Shown here piece after piece: positions 28,238 to 38,035 of a stretch of 64,000 nt of DNA (position 1 is its first letter; each line of letters begins with the position of its first letter). The notes under the pieces were generated by a model, which saw only the letters and a program-made list of their open reading frames with translations, did not search any database and was not told the origin of the DNA. The stretch comes from Candidatus Uhrbacteria bacterium. Lineage in GTDB: Bacteria > Patescibacteriota > Patescibacteriia > UBA9934 > GWF2-40-263. A program made the translations under genes and the position numbers. Location of the stretch: contig JAERTI010000038.1 in assembly GCA_016844925.1 (NCBI GenBank), positions 130,936 through 194,935 on the forward strand. Direction: 5' to 3'.

Positions 28238-29275
28238 CTATTTTTTGATAAACAATCGGTTGGCAGCGAGTGGGTGCGATGCATCTCGGCGTGCAACGGC
28301 ACCACCTTTAAGACCGTCCTCGAGAACTTCATCGAGTACCGCATCGAGCTCTTCGATCGTGTCGACTGTGTGAAGCCGTGCCTTAAATGGCTTGGCGCCT
28401 GCGATGGCGCGGAAGTACCAGCTCAGGTGCTTACGGAAGGTTCGAACTGTGCCAGCATCGAATTGTTCAATGTGCCAGCGGGCGTGTTGTTTAATGACCT
28501 CGACACGCTCTTGCAGGGTAATCGGTTCGAATTCTTTACCGGCGAGTTGGTCCAAGATTTGTTTAAAGATCCATGGATTGCCGAGTGCGCCGCGTGCGAT
28601 AAGAACCCCCTCGGCACCAGAGGTCTCTAAGGCCTCTGTCATGAGCTGTGGGGTGTAGATGTCACCGTTGGCGAGAACAGGAATAGAGACGGTCTTAGCG
28701 AACTCACCAATGAGATCCCAGTCGCTCTGTCCTGTATAACCTTGCTTCTTTGTGCGTCCGTGAATGGTGATGAGGTCTGCACCTGCTTCTTCCAGGGCGA
28801 TACCAAAGGTGAGGCACTCTTTTGGATCTTCCCATCCAGCACGAATCTTCACACTGACGGGTTTGTCTGTTGCCTCCTTCATAGCTCGTACGATCGCTGT
28901 AGCACGATCAGCGTCTCTCATGAGCGATGCGCCGTTGAATGAGTGAACAACTTTGTAGACAGGGCAGCCCATGTTGATGTCAAAGCCCTCGGGGTTGTGA
29001 TCGCGGTCGATGATGCGTGTAGCCTCAGCCATCTTCTCGGGCTCGCTTCCAAAGATCTGTTGGACAATCGGGCGTTCATCAGGATGGATCTCTGTCATGC
29101 CGAGCGTTTTGTCGTTTCCGCGAATGATGGCCTCGGAAGAGACCATCTCACGGAACACAATCACGTCAGGTCCAGAGATCTTGCGCACGACACGACAAAA
29201 CGCACTGTCCGTCATGTCGGCCATGGGGGACAGGGCAATAATGGGTCGTTGAATTGTGGCCCAGTCGAGTTTCAT
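28238..29275 (-). CDS. dusB: tRNA-dihydrouridine synthase
   Basis: LSPMADMTD, DINMGCP, VSVKIRAG, HGRT, ANGDI, RGALGNPW. Confidence 0.93.
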   Translation of the reverse strand: MKLDWATIQRPIIALSPMADMTDSAFCRVVRKISGPDVIVFREMVSSEAIIRGNDKTLGMTEIHPDERPIVQQIFGSEPEKMAEATRIIDRDHNPEGFDINMGCPVYKVVHSFNGASLMRDADRATAIVRAMKEATDKPVSVKIRAGWEDPKECLTFGIALEEAGADLITIHGRTKKQGYTGQSDWDLIGEFAKTVSIPVLANGDIYTPQLMTEALETSGAEGVLIARGALGNPWIFKQILDQLAGKEFEPITLQERVEVIKQHARWHIEQFDAGTVRTFRKHLSWYFRAIAGAKPFKARLHTVDTIEELDAVLDEVLEDGLKGGAVARRDASHPLAANRLFIKK

Positions 29276-29296
29276 ATCGGGCCGAGAATAGCTGAT

Positions 29297-30382
29297 TTAT
29301 TGGATCGTTTCAAGCATCTGCTCCAGATCAACGGAGTTGATGGCTGTGAGCCAGTCTGAGTTTTGGTCTACGTATTCAAGAGCTTCCGTGTAGAGGGCCC
29401 AGTGTGCCTCCTGGTGATCCTCTGGGCGAATGCGGATATGGTCGTAGGAGGCGGTGGTGTCGTAGGGTGGCTCGAATGCGACCTGACGGCCATTGTTCCA
29501 GTCCTCCCAGTAGATAGGAGCGAAGGGGGTGTTGGTGAGATAAAAATTGTTCTCGTGGTACTTGAGGTTTACAAACCAGTCGCGCGTGCCGTCAAAGCCG
29601 TCGGTCCAGTCGGCGAACTCGCTTTCAGGATCAAATCGTTCTGGGACGCGGAACTCATAGAGCTTTACTTCCTGATCTTCAGGGCGCTTGTTGAGGCCGT
29701 GGATCATCTCGCTGATGTCGGAACCGCCCTGTTCATGCAGGACGGTAAAGAGTGCTCCAAGCTCCTCGAACACTTGAGAGTACTCAGCACCATTTCTGCC
29801 GTTTGTCTGGCCGACGATGCGAGGGGCGTAGCCAAGTTGGTCTTTGAGGAATTGGAAACCGCCAGGTTCGTCACTGAGATACCTTCCTGTCTCCATGTCT
29901 AGACGATGCGTTTCAAATCCCATGAAGGTTTCATAGCGCTCTTGTGAGCTCATGCCCATGAGACCAACCTGATCGAATCCAGAGACGATTGGATGTGGTG
30001 GACGTACGTGATACGAGACAGCGACATACGCAGAGCTGCGGATGCGCTCCATGAGTTCCGGTGACTGTTCAACGTAGATTTGTGTGACGGTATCCGTGAG
30101 ATGAAACTCAACAGGGATCTCATACTGCTCATGAAGGTCCATGAGGCGGTTCAGTGTCTCGATGCTTTTTTCTGGGAAGAGCCAGTCATGAACATTGGTG
30201 ACAAACTGGACGTAGATTTGTGGTTCCGTTGATCGTGTTGTTGTTTCGGTTTCAACAGGTTCACTCTCTGGAGACTCTACGACGATTTCGTTTGTTGGTT
30301 CTTCGGGAGGTGTGAGCGGCTCGGGTGCACATCCAATGCCCATAAGTACGAGGATGGCGATGAGGAGAAGTAATCGATGCAT
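29297..30382 (-). CDS. Putative lipoprotein with deacetylase-like barrel
   Basis: Lipobox-like LMGIGC; TNVHDW, VEFHLT, SYHVR. Confidence 0.7.
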   Translation of the reverse strand: MHRLLLLIAILVLMGIGCAPEPLTPPEEPTNEIVVESPESEPVETETTTRSTEPQIYVQFVTNVHDWLFPEKSIETLNRLMDLHEQYEIPVEFHLTDTVTQIYVEQSPELMERIRSSAYVAVSYHVRPPHPIVSGFDQVGLMGMSSQERYETFMGFETHRLDMETGRYLSDEPGGFQFLKDQLGYAPRIVGQTNGRNGAEYSQVFEELGALFTVLHEQGGSDISEMIHGLNKRPEDQEVKLYEFRVPERFDPESEFADWTDGFDGTRDWFVNLKYHENNFYLTNTPFAPIYWEDWNNGRQVAFEPPYDTTASYDHIRIRPEDHQEAHWALYTEALEYVDQNSDWLTAINSVDLEQMLETIQ

Positions 30383-30423
30383 AGTCTCGATAAAAAATGA
30401 TGACTCCAGTATACTGCTGTCAT

Positions 30424-30825
30424 ATGGCAAAGTCGAAACAATCATCAACCTATCTTTACGGCGCGGCGGCTCTTATAGCTGTTGGGCTGATTATTTTCGC
30501 AGCGACGAATGTGTCCTCAACAAGTGGGCCATCCATTTACGACGAGTTCGCTCAGTGCGTTACGGAGTCAGAAACGACCATGTACGGCGCTTGGTGGTGT
30601 CCGCACTGTTCAGATCAGAAGGAAGCGTTTGGGAGCTCATTCGATTACATTAATTACATCGAGTGTTCGAATGCCACACGTGGCATGACGCAGGAGTGTC
30701 AGGATGCTGGCATTGAGGGATACCCAACATGGGAGTTTCCTGATGGATCGCGAATCGCTGGGTTTGTGCCGCTCAACACCATTGCAGAGCAGTCAGGGTG
30801 TGAGCTCCCAGATGAAGAGCTATGA
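30424..30825 (+). CDS. Membrane-anchored thioredoxin-like protein (VKOR partner)
   Basis: MYGAWWCPHC, GYPTW. Confidence 0.88.
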   Translation: MAKSKQSSTYLYGAAALIAVGLIIFAATNVSSTSGPSIYDEFAQCVTESETTMYGAWWCPHCSDQKEAFGSSFDYINYIECSNATRGMTQECQDAGIEGYPTWEFPDGSRIAGFVPLNTIAEQSGCELPDEEL

Positions 30826-31253
30826 ATCGCGCCAACGTCCTAAAGGTCATTATTGTTCTGGGACTTCTCGGTGTAGCGTTGTCGGCGTACACGCTTGCGT
30901 ATAAGTACGGCGCTGCTACGGCGGAGTTTTGTTCCATTAACGATACGTTCGATTGTGATCTGGTGAATCAGAGCACGTACTCAATGATCTTTGGCATCCC
31001 CGTTTCCGCCTTGGGAGTTCTTGGGTACGGATTCATTGCTCTGACAGCATTCATGAAGCTGCGCAATCCTTCAGATAAGAGCCTGACGAATTTCTTAACA
31101 CTACTTACGCTCGGTGCGCTGGGATTCAGTTTTTATCTCTCAGGTATCGAGGCATTTGTGTTGCGAGCCTGGTGTCTGCTGTGTCTGGCGAGTCAGGCGA
31201 TCATCTTAGTCACAACAGGGTTCGTCTTTAAACTCAGGTCCTATGACAAATGA
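30822..31253 (+). CDS. Vitamin K epoxide reductase (VKOR) family protein
   Basis: C..C..V.QS loop, GIP, WCLLC. Confidence 0.92.
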   Translation: MNRANVLKVIIVLGLLGVALSAYTLAYKYGAATAEFCSINDTFDCDLVNQSTYSMIFGIPVSALGVLGYGFIALTAFMKLRNPSDKSLTNFLTLLTLGALGFSFYLSGIEAFVLRAWCLLCLASQAIILVTTGFVFKLRSYDK

Positions 31254-31467
31254 ACAAATGCATTACACACCAGAGAATCTCTTCAATGAAGTTTCTGCCC
31301 GTGCGCAAGAGCAGGGGGTGACAGAGCAGGCGGCTTGGGATGACCTGGTTGAGCAGACCATTGAACAGCATCGCCAAGTGGGGGAGATGCATACCGATGA
31401 CCCAACAGAAGATTTAGGGGCGCATGTGAAAGGACGTTGGGCTGACTATAAAGCAACACTTGTATGA
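31243..31467 (+). CDS. Small hypothetical protein
   Basis: Overlaps both neighbours in an operon. Confidence 0.65.
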   Translation: MTNEQMHYTPENLFNEVSARAQEQGVTEQAAWDDLVEQTIEQHRQVGEMHTDDPTEDLGAHVKGRWADYKATLV

Positions 31468-32831
31468 AGCTTTCATTTCACGGGGCGGTTCGCGGGGTAA
31501 CGGGGTCTTGTCACAGGCTCCAAGTTCAAGATGCTGACGGCAAAGACCATCAGCTTCTTTTTGATTGCGGGATGTTTCAGGGGGAGCACATGTGTGGCAG
31601 CAAAAACTTTGAGGAGTTTGGGTTTCGTGCTTCTGAGATCGAAGCGGTCTTTATTACGCACCCCCATGCGGATCACACAGGGCGTCTGCCTAAGCTTATG
31701 AAGGAGGGGTTCAAGGGAAAGATCTATATGATTGAACCTTGTGTTGGGCTGTCCCGTCTTGTACTTGAAGATGCGCACCACATCATGACGGAGAACGCGA
31801 ACAAGTGTGGAAGTCCCGTGTTATATGAATTGGAGGATCTCAATGAAGCGTTCGATAGTGTTGAGGCAGTCAGTTACCACGAGCAGATCGACATTGCTCC
31901 GGGAGTGAGTGTGATGTTCCACGAGGCGGGACATGTGCTGGGCTCGGCGTATATTTCCGTTGATGCTGAGGGGAAGCGCGTGGTGTTCTCTGGGGACATT
32001 GGAAACGATGATGTGCCGATTCTTCCTGATACAGAGCAACTCTCCCGCGCTGATGTGGTTGTGTGTGAGTCGACGTACGGGCATCGCAAACATGAGGGTG
32101 TTGAGGAACGTGGAATCAAATTGAAGGCAGCGATTGAGGAGGTGATTCATAATCGAGGTGTGCTCATGATCCCGTCGTTCTCTATCGAGCGAACGCAGGA
32201 GTTGCTCTATGAGATTGATCGTCTGCTTCTCAATGAGTTGAACACAAAAATTCCAATTTACTTGGATAGCCCCATGGCGATTAAGGCGACGGCTATTTAT
32301 CGTCAGTATAAAAACTACCTACGGTTCGATGTGCCGATTACGAGCGAGCCAGACCAGGACTTCTTTAGTTTCCCAAATCTTCGAGAGACCCTATCGGCCG
32401 GTGAGAGCAAGGTGATTAATAATGTGGTGCCACCAAAGATTATTATTGCTGGTTCGGGGATGATGTCCGGTGGGCGGATCTTGCACCATCTGATTCGTTA
32501 TCTCTCAGATAGCAAGAACAGGTTGCTGATCATTGGTTACCAGGCGAGAGGCACGCTTGGACGAAAGCTCTATGAGGGGGCAAAGAAGGTGCACATCTTT
32601 GGTGAGGAAGTGATGGTCAGAGCGAAGATCTCTGCCATCGGATCGTTCAGTGCTCACGGGGACATGGATAAGATCACGCGTTGGCTGACTCCGGAGGAAG
32701 CGAAGCCACCAGGAAAAATTTTCTTGGTGCATGGCGATCCGGAATCAAAAGAAGTATTTGGTACACACTTGAGGCATCATCTTGGGAGCGACGTTATTAT
32801 TCCTGGTTGGCAGAGTGAGTACGAACTATGA
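31464..32831 (+). CDS. MBL-fold beta-CASP ribonuclease
   Basis: THPHADHTG, AGHVLGS, FSGD, ESTYG, FSAHGD, LVHGD. Confidence 0.93.
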   Translation: MKLSFHGAVRGVTGSCHRLQVQDADGKDHQLLFDCGMFQGEHMCGSKNFEEFGFRASEIEAVFITHPHADHTGRLPKLMKEGFKGKIYMIEPCVGLSRLVLEDAHHIMTENANKCGSPVLYELEDLNEAFDSVEAVSYHEQIDIAPGVSVMFHEAGHVLGSAYISVDAEGKRVVFSGDIGNDDVPILPDTEQLSRADVVVCESTYGHRKHEGVEERGIKLKAAIEEVIHNRGVLMIPSFSIERTQELLYEIDRLLLNELNTKIPIYLDSPMAIKATAIYRQYKNYLRFDVPITSEPDQDFFSFPNLRETLSAGESKVINNVVPPKIIIAGSGMMSGGRILHHLIRYLSDSKNRLLIIGYQARGTLGRKLYEGAKKVHIFGEEVMVRAKISAIGSFSAHGDMDKITRWLTPEEAKPPGKIFLVHGDPESKEVFGTHLRHHLGSDVIIPGWQSEYEL

Positions 32832-34054
32832 ACATGTTTTCACCTGGGCGCAGGGAGCGTAGGGAGGAACCAGCATTTCATTACGAGCTATTAGAGAATC
32901 CGAAAACACGAGAAGATCTTTTAAGGGGCATGGATAATCTCATGGAGACTATTCAGGACCGAGATGTTGATACGGTGGTCTTCCTTGATCGCTCAGCACG
33001 ACCACTCTCCTGGCTTATGCGGGAGCGATGGCGATTATCTGATAGCGACAAGCCCATGCCGGAGATGAAGTTTGTGAATATTGGCCTAGCCACTTCGGTT
33101 CATCCTGGATCGAGAGATCTCACGATTCCAGGAGGAGGGGCGTATTATCCATATCCCTCATCTAGTTCCCGACAGGATTTTGTGAGGAAGAAGATGATGA
33201 GCAATCAATGGTTATCACCTGAGGATGTTCCCACCCGATGGTCGGAGGGGTTGTTGGATCATGAAGATGAGGTACAGGAACTTGAAGATGTGTTTGGGTC
33301 GAACTTAGATGGAAAGCGTGTTTTGGTGGTTGATGAAATGGTAAACACGGGAAAGAATCTTTTAACGGCGGTCTCCCTTTTTTCTTTGATGTTTCCAAAA
33401 TTGAAGGAGGTTCAGGGAACAGCGTTCAAACTTTCTAAGGGGATGGGGTATGACGAAGACCGGAAAGCAATTCCTTGGTTAAAGATGCCTGGCATGACTG
33501 GCGTACTGGAGCTGCCAGACAGGTTATTCCAGTCGGGAGCGATTACCGCGGAAAATTTGGAGAGTATTCGTGATGCACTTAGGCAAGAAAGGAAACGTGA
33601 GGTGAAGACATTGGGTGAGTCGCTTTTACCCGCGATGAATGTGTTGGATAAAGTCGTGGATCAGTGGGATGAGATTAAGGCTCATAAGGGGTTTGATCAG
33701 CGGTACATTACGGTGATTGAAAGAGATCTGGAATCCGCTCGTAAAACGATGAGAGCCTTTCTCGATACGGGTGAGCATGGTTTTACACCTGAATACGAAA
33801 AACAGATGTACGATTTGTCTATCGCGTTCGGAGGGTTAAGTAATGATGTGGGAGATGCGCCATTTGCACAGATGTTGCATGAGGCCGCGCATCTGACTGA
33901 TAAGGTTGATTATGAGAAGGGGCACAAAACGCTTCAGGAGATCGATCAATACCTGGATGCCGATTATGCTGACTTGGAGGCGTTGAGAGCGCGTGCCACG
34001 ACTCTACGAAAGGAGATTAAGGAGCTTGCAAAAGAGACGTACGAAGTCTTTTAA
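32828..34054 (+). CDS. Hypothetical protein with phosphoribosyltransferase-like motif
   Basis: VVFLDRSARP and KRVLVVDEMVNTGKNL. Confidence 0.65.
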   Translation: MNMFSPGRRERREEPAFHYELLENPKTREDLLRGMDNLMETIQDRDVDTVVFLDRSARPLSWLMRERWRLSDSDKPMPEMKFVNIGLATSVHPGSRDLTIPGGGAYYPYPSSSSRQDFVRKKMMSNQWLSPEDVPTRWSEGLLDHEDEVQELEDVFGSNLDGKRVLVVDEMVNTGKNLLTAVSLFSLMFPKLKEVQGTAFKLSKGMGYDEDRKAIPWLKMPGMTGVLELPDRLFQSGAITAENLESIRDALRQERKREVKTLGESLLPAMNVLDKVVDQWDEIKAHKGFDQRYITVIERDLESARKTMRAFLDTGEHGFTPEYEKQMYDLSIAFGGLSNDVGDAPFAQMLHEAAHLTDKVDYEKGHKTLQEIDQYLDADYADLEALRARATTLRKEIKELAKETYEVF

Positions 34055-34120
34055 AAAAGAACCATTGCACCCTGGTCATGCCAGGGTGTTTTTGTTACTG
34101 TCGCGGCGAAGGAGGACAAC

Positions 34121-35362
34121 ATGTCCAACAAGCTGCCCGATGACGTCTCTCCTGAGACGTTCGCACTGCACGGAGGGTACGACCCCGCTCGATCCGAGGG
34201 GGCGCTCAAGCCGCCCGTGTTTCAGACCTCCACGTTCGTGGCAACCACGGCCGAGGAGATGGCACGATGCTTCGAGCAGGCCTATGGCCTTGATGGTCAG
34301 CCTCCACGTGCGCCCGATGAGCTCATCTATTCGCGCGTGGTGAACCCGAACCTGCAGATCACCGAAGAGCGGTGGGCGCGGTTCGAGGGAGCTGAGGCGG
34401 CCGCCCTGTTCGCCAGTGGCATGGCCGCTATCTCCACCACGCTGCTCACCCTGCTACGGCCGGGAGATACGGTGATGTACTCCACCCCGGTGTACGGTGG
34501 GACGGACTACTTCATGGAGCACGTGCTCCCGGCCTTCAAGATCAAGACGGTTTCGTTCCCGGTGACGCTCTCTGCCGAGCGGATCTACGCCAAGTGGATC
34601 AACATGGATCCCAGACCCAAGGTCATCTATCTCGAGAGTCCTGCCAACCCCACACTGGAGCTGGCGGACCTCGGTGGAATGGCCGGGGCATTCCAGGGAC
34701 CGGAAGGCCGTCCGCTCATCGTGGTGGATGGGACCGTGCTCGGCCCGGTGTTCATGAAGCCGCTGGCGCTGGGGGCAGACCTGGTGCTGCACTCGGCCAC
34801 CAAGTCCATCGGCGGTCATAGCGATCTGATTGCCGGCATCGTCGCCGGCCCCGCGTACCTCGTGGGACAGATCAAGGCGATGCGAACCATCATGGGCCCC
34901 ATCTGCGACCCGCAGACGGCGTGGCTCATCGCCCGCAGCCTCGAGGACTACAAGGTCCGCGTGGAAGCAGCGCAGCACAAGGCCCTCAAGGTCGCGCGCT
35001 TCCTGCAGGAGCACGATGCTGTGCACCGGCTCTACTACCCGGGCATGCATCCTAGTCGCGATCAGGGGGAGCGCTTTCAGCAGATGTGCAGCGGTCACGG
35101 CTCGCTCATGAGCTTCCGTGTCCGAGGTGGCCAGGAGGCGGCCTACCGCGTGCTCAACGCCCTGCGCGTGATCAAGCTCGCGGTCTCTCTCGGGGGCACC
35201 GAGTCGCTCGCTGAGCATCCGCGGACGCACACCCACAGCGACATTCCGCTGGCGGCCCAGGACAAGATGGGCATCACGCCCGACCTGATCCGTCTCTCTG
35301 TCGGTCTGGAGGATGCCGACGACTTGATCGACGATCTGGATCAGGCGCTGGAGCTGATCTAG
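34121..35362 (+). CDS. PLP-dependent Cys/Met metabolism enzyme (cystathionine gamma-synthase/lyase family), GC-rich unit
   Basis: YSRVVNP, ASGMAA, YGGT, ESPANP, HSATKSIGGHSD, AVSLGGTESL. Confidence 0.93.
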   Translation: MSNKLPDDVSPETFALHGGYDPARSEGALKPPVFQTSTFVATTAEEMARCFEQAYGLDGQPPRAPDELIYSRVVNPNLQITEERWARFEGAEAAALFASGMAAISTTLLTLLRPGDTVMYSTPVYGGTDYFMEHVLPAFKIKTVSFPVTLSAERIYAKWINMDPRPKVIYLESPANPTLELADLGGMAGAFQGPEGRPLIVVDGTVLGPVFMKPLALGADLVLHSATKSIGGHSDLIAGIVAGPAYLVGQIKAMRTIMGPICDPQTAWLIARSLEDYKVRVEAAQHKALKVARFLQEHDAVHRLYYPGMHPSRDQGERFQQMCSGHGSLMSFRVRGGQEAAYRVLNALRVIKLAVSLGGTESLAEHPRTHTHSDIPLAAQDKMGITPDLIRLSVGLEDADDLIDDLDQALELI

Positions 35363-35479
35363 AACACACGCCGACCCTCATGTGAGGGTCTTTTTTCTTT
35401 TAACAAACAATCATGCCGCCATTGACATCTGTACAAAAACGGACTAGGTTACGGCGTCGCATACGGCGGCAGAAAGGGG

Positions 35480-35989
35480 ATGAGGCGCATGGGCGCCTTT
35501 GGTAACGTTGAGCAAAAAGCCGAAAGTCTTTGGAGAGCGGGTCTGCGTGAGCAGCTCGATGGCAACCTCTCTGAGGCCATGGACTTGTACGAGCAGAGCA
35601 TCGCTCTGCACCCAACAGCCGAAGCGTTTTCCTACAAGGGGTGGGCGTTCTCGCATATGGGGAAGTTGGATGACGCGGTGGACGCGTGTCTGGAAGCTAT
35701 TCAGCTCGATGCTGGTTTGGGCACCCCCTACAACGACATCGGTGCCTACCTGGTGGAGATGGATCGTGAAGACGAGGCGGTTCTCTGGTTTCAGCGCGCG
35801 AAGGAGGCACAGCGGTACGACACTCCTCAGTTTCCGTATCTGAACCTCGCTCGTCTCTACATCCATCGTGGGTATCTGGCCGGAGCGCTCCTCGAGCTAC
35901 AAACGGCAGAACTCCTCGCCCCCGAGGATCCGCGAGTCGGCCAGTTGGTCGCTCAAATTGGAGAACGGATGGAGGAACAGGATTCTTAG
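35480..35989 (+). CDS. Tetratricopeptide repeat protein
   Basis: Several TPR-like helices (AEAFSYKGW, PYNDIGAYL, PYLNLARL). Confidence 0.85.
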   Translation: MRRMGAFGNVEQKAESLWRAGLREQLDGNLSEAMDLYEQSIALHPTAEAFSYKGWAFSHMGKLDDAVDACLEAIQLDAGLGTPYNDIGAYLVEMDREDEAVLWFQRAKEAQRYDTPQFPYLNLARLYIHRGYLAGALLELQTAELLAPEDPRVGQLVAQIGERMEEQDS

Positions 35990-36077
35990 CAAGAATCCAC
36001 AACGCAATCTACAGACCTCACTGAGGTCTTTTTCTTTTCAATCACCCCTTTATCCGCTACCATGCGCGCATACAACT

Positions 36078-37868
36078 ATGGATCAATCAAACATACGAAA
36101 TTTCTGCATCATTGCGCATATTGATCACGGGAAGTCGACCCTTTCGGATCGACTTTTGCAATCTACGGGCGCGGTGGATGAGCGGAAGATGAAGGAGCAG
36201 ATTTTGGATTCGATGGAGCTCGAGCGCGAGAAGGGGATTACGATTAAACTCGCGCCGGCGCGCATGGAGCACAAAGGGCATACGCTGAACCTGATCGACA
36301 CGCCGGGGCACGTGGACTTCACCTATGAAGTGTCTCGTTCGCTCGCGGCTGTTGAAGGAGCGATTCTTCTCGTTGACGCATCTCAGGGGGTGCAGGCACA
36401 GACGATCGGAAACTTGTACCTGGCGCTGGGAGAGGATTTGGAGATTATTCCTGTGCTCAACAAGATCGACCTACCGGCGGCGGATGTGCCTACGCGTACA
36501 GAAGAGCTCGTGCAGCTTATTGGGTGTAAGCCGGAGGATATTTTGGCAGTGAGTGGGAAGACAGGTGAGGGAGTGCCGGCATTGCTCGACGCGATCGTTG
36601 AGAGGATCCCTGCGCCAACGGGCGACAAGGATGGTGCGGCACGTTCGTTGATTTTCGATTCGTTCTACGATGACTACCGTGGAGTGATGGCGTACATTCG
36701 CGTCGTCGACGGAGAGATTAAGAAGCGCGATAAGGTGCACATGATGGCTACAGGGTTTGATGCGGAGGCTCTGGAGATTGGTGCTGTGACCCCGGGGGGG
36801 CTCGTGCCAGCGGATGTGTTGGAGACCGGGCAGATTGGCTACATCGTTACGGGATTGAAGGAGATCGGTGGGTGTCGCGTTGGTGATACGATTACGAGTG
36901 TTTCGGGTGGATCGACGGACTCGCTTGGTGGCTATAAAGAAGTGAAGCCAATGGTGTTCGCGGGAGTATTCCCCCAAGAGGGTGACGACTTTCATCGTCT
37001 GCGCGAAGCCATCGAACGTTTGAAGCTCAATGACGCCTCTCTTATTTTTGAGAGCGAGCACTCGCCAGCGCTCGGATACGGATTCCGCTGTGGGCTTCTG
37101 GGAATGCTGCACTTGGAGATTTTAAAAGAACGTTTGGAGCGTGAGTTCGGATTGCAGCTTGTGGTAACCGTACCGTCGGTGGCCTACGAGGTGTACAAGC
37201 GCGATAGCTCTCACATGACCATTAAGAGCCCACTTGAGTTGCCGGATCCGTCTCACATAGAGAAGATCGAGGAGCCGTGGGTAAAGATTGATATCGTGAC
37301 ACCGTCTGCGTACATCGGATCGATCATGCAGCTCTTGCAGGAGCGCCGCGGGATGTATGAGACCACGGAGTATCTTTCCGGGGATCGTGCCATCTTGCAT
37401 TACCAGATTCCACTGTCGATGATCATCGTGGACTTCTACGACAAGTTGAAGAGCATCTCTGCGGGGTATGCGTCACTGAATTACGAACTGATCGATTATC
37501 GCGAGGCCAACGTCGTGCGCATGGACATGTCTGTGGCAGACGAGCCAGTGGATGCCTTTTCTACACTTGTGTATCGAGATGAGGCAGAGAAAGCGGGGCG
37601 CCGCATTGCCAAGGTGCTTAAGGAGTCCATCCCTCGGCAAAACTTTGTGATAAAATTGCAGGCGACGATTGGGGGAAAGATTATCGCCTCCGAGAGGATC
37701 AGTGCGATGCGTAAAGATGTGACCGCTAAGCTCTATGGAGGAGACGTCACCCGAAAGCGCAAGCTGCTTGATAAGCAGAAGAAGGGGAAGGCGCGCATGG
37801 CACAGTACGGAAAGGGAAAGGTCAATATTCCGACAGATGCGTATTTGAAAGTACTTAAGCGAGAGTAA
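36078..37868 (+). CDS. lepA: Elongation factor 4 (LepA)
   Basis: IRNFCIIAHIDHGKST, LIDTPGHVDF, RKDVTAKLYGGD. Confidence 0.98.
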   Translation: MDQSNIRNFCIIAHIDHGKSTLSDRLLQSTGAVDERKMKEQILDSMELEREKGITIKLAPARMEHKGHTLNLIDTPGHVDFTYEVSRSLAAVEGAILLVDASQGVQAQTIGNLYLALGEDLEIIPVLNKIDLPAADVPTRTEELVQLIGCKPEDILAVSGKTGEGVPALLDAIVERIPAPTGDKDGAARSLIFDSFYDDYRGVMAYIRVVDGEIKKRDKVHMMATGFDAEALEIGAVTPGGLVPADVLETGQIGYIVTGLKEIGGCRVGDTITSVSGGSTDSLGGYKEVKPMVFAGVFPQEGDDFHRLREAIERLKLNDASLIFESEHSPALGYGFRCGLLGMLHLEILKERLEREFGLQLVVTVPSVAYEVYKRDSSHMTIKSPLELPDPSHIEKIEEPWVKIDIVTPSAYIGSIMQLLQERRGMYETTEYLSGDRAILHYQIPLSMIIVDFYDKLKSISAGYASLNYELIDYREANVVRMDMSVADEPVDAFSTLVYRDEAEKAGRRIAKVLKESIPRQNFVIKLQATIGGKIIASERISAMRKDVTAKLYGGDVTRKRKLLDKQKKGKARMAQYGKGKVNIPTDAYLKVLKRE

Positions 37869-37869
37869 T

Positions 37870-37968
37870 ATGAAAAAGAAAACGATGCGGATTTTTTGGG
37901 GCATTGTTGGTGGGATGATTATCGTCTCCATGGTGATGTTCAGTTTCTTCGTTGGGTTCAGCCTGTAG
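37870..37968 (+). CDS. Small membrane peptide (32 aa) MKKKTMRIFWGIVGGMIIVSMVMFSFFVGFSL
   Basis: ATG 1 nt after lepA stop; basic N-terminus plus one TM; below the ORF-track cutoff. Confidence 0.6.
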   Translation: MKKKTMRIFWGIVGGMIIVSMVMFSFFVGFSL

Positions 37969-38035
37969 ACCGTTGGGCGTGAGAATGTAGAGGGAGGGGA
38001 TCTCCTTCTTACTTCTTAATTTCAAAGGTAGGAAC

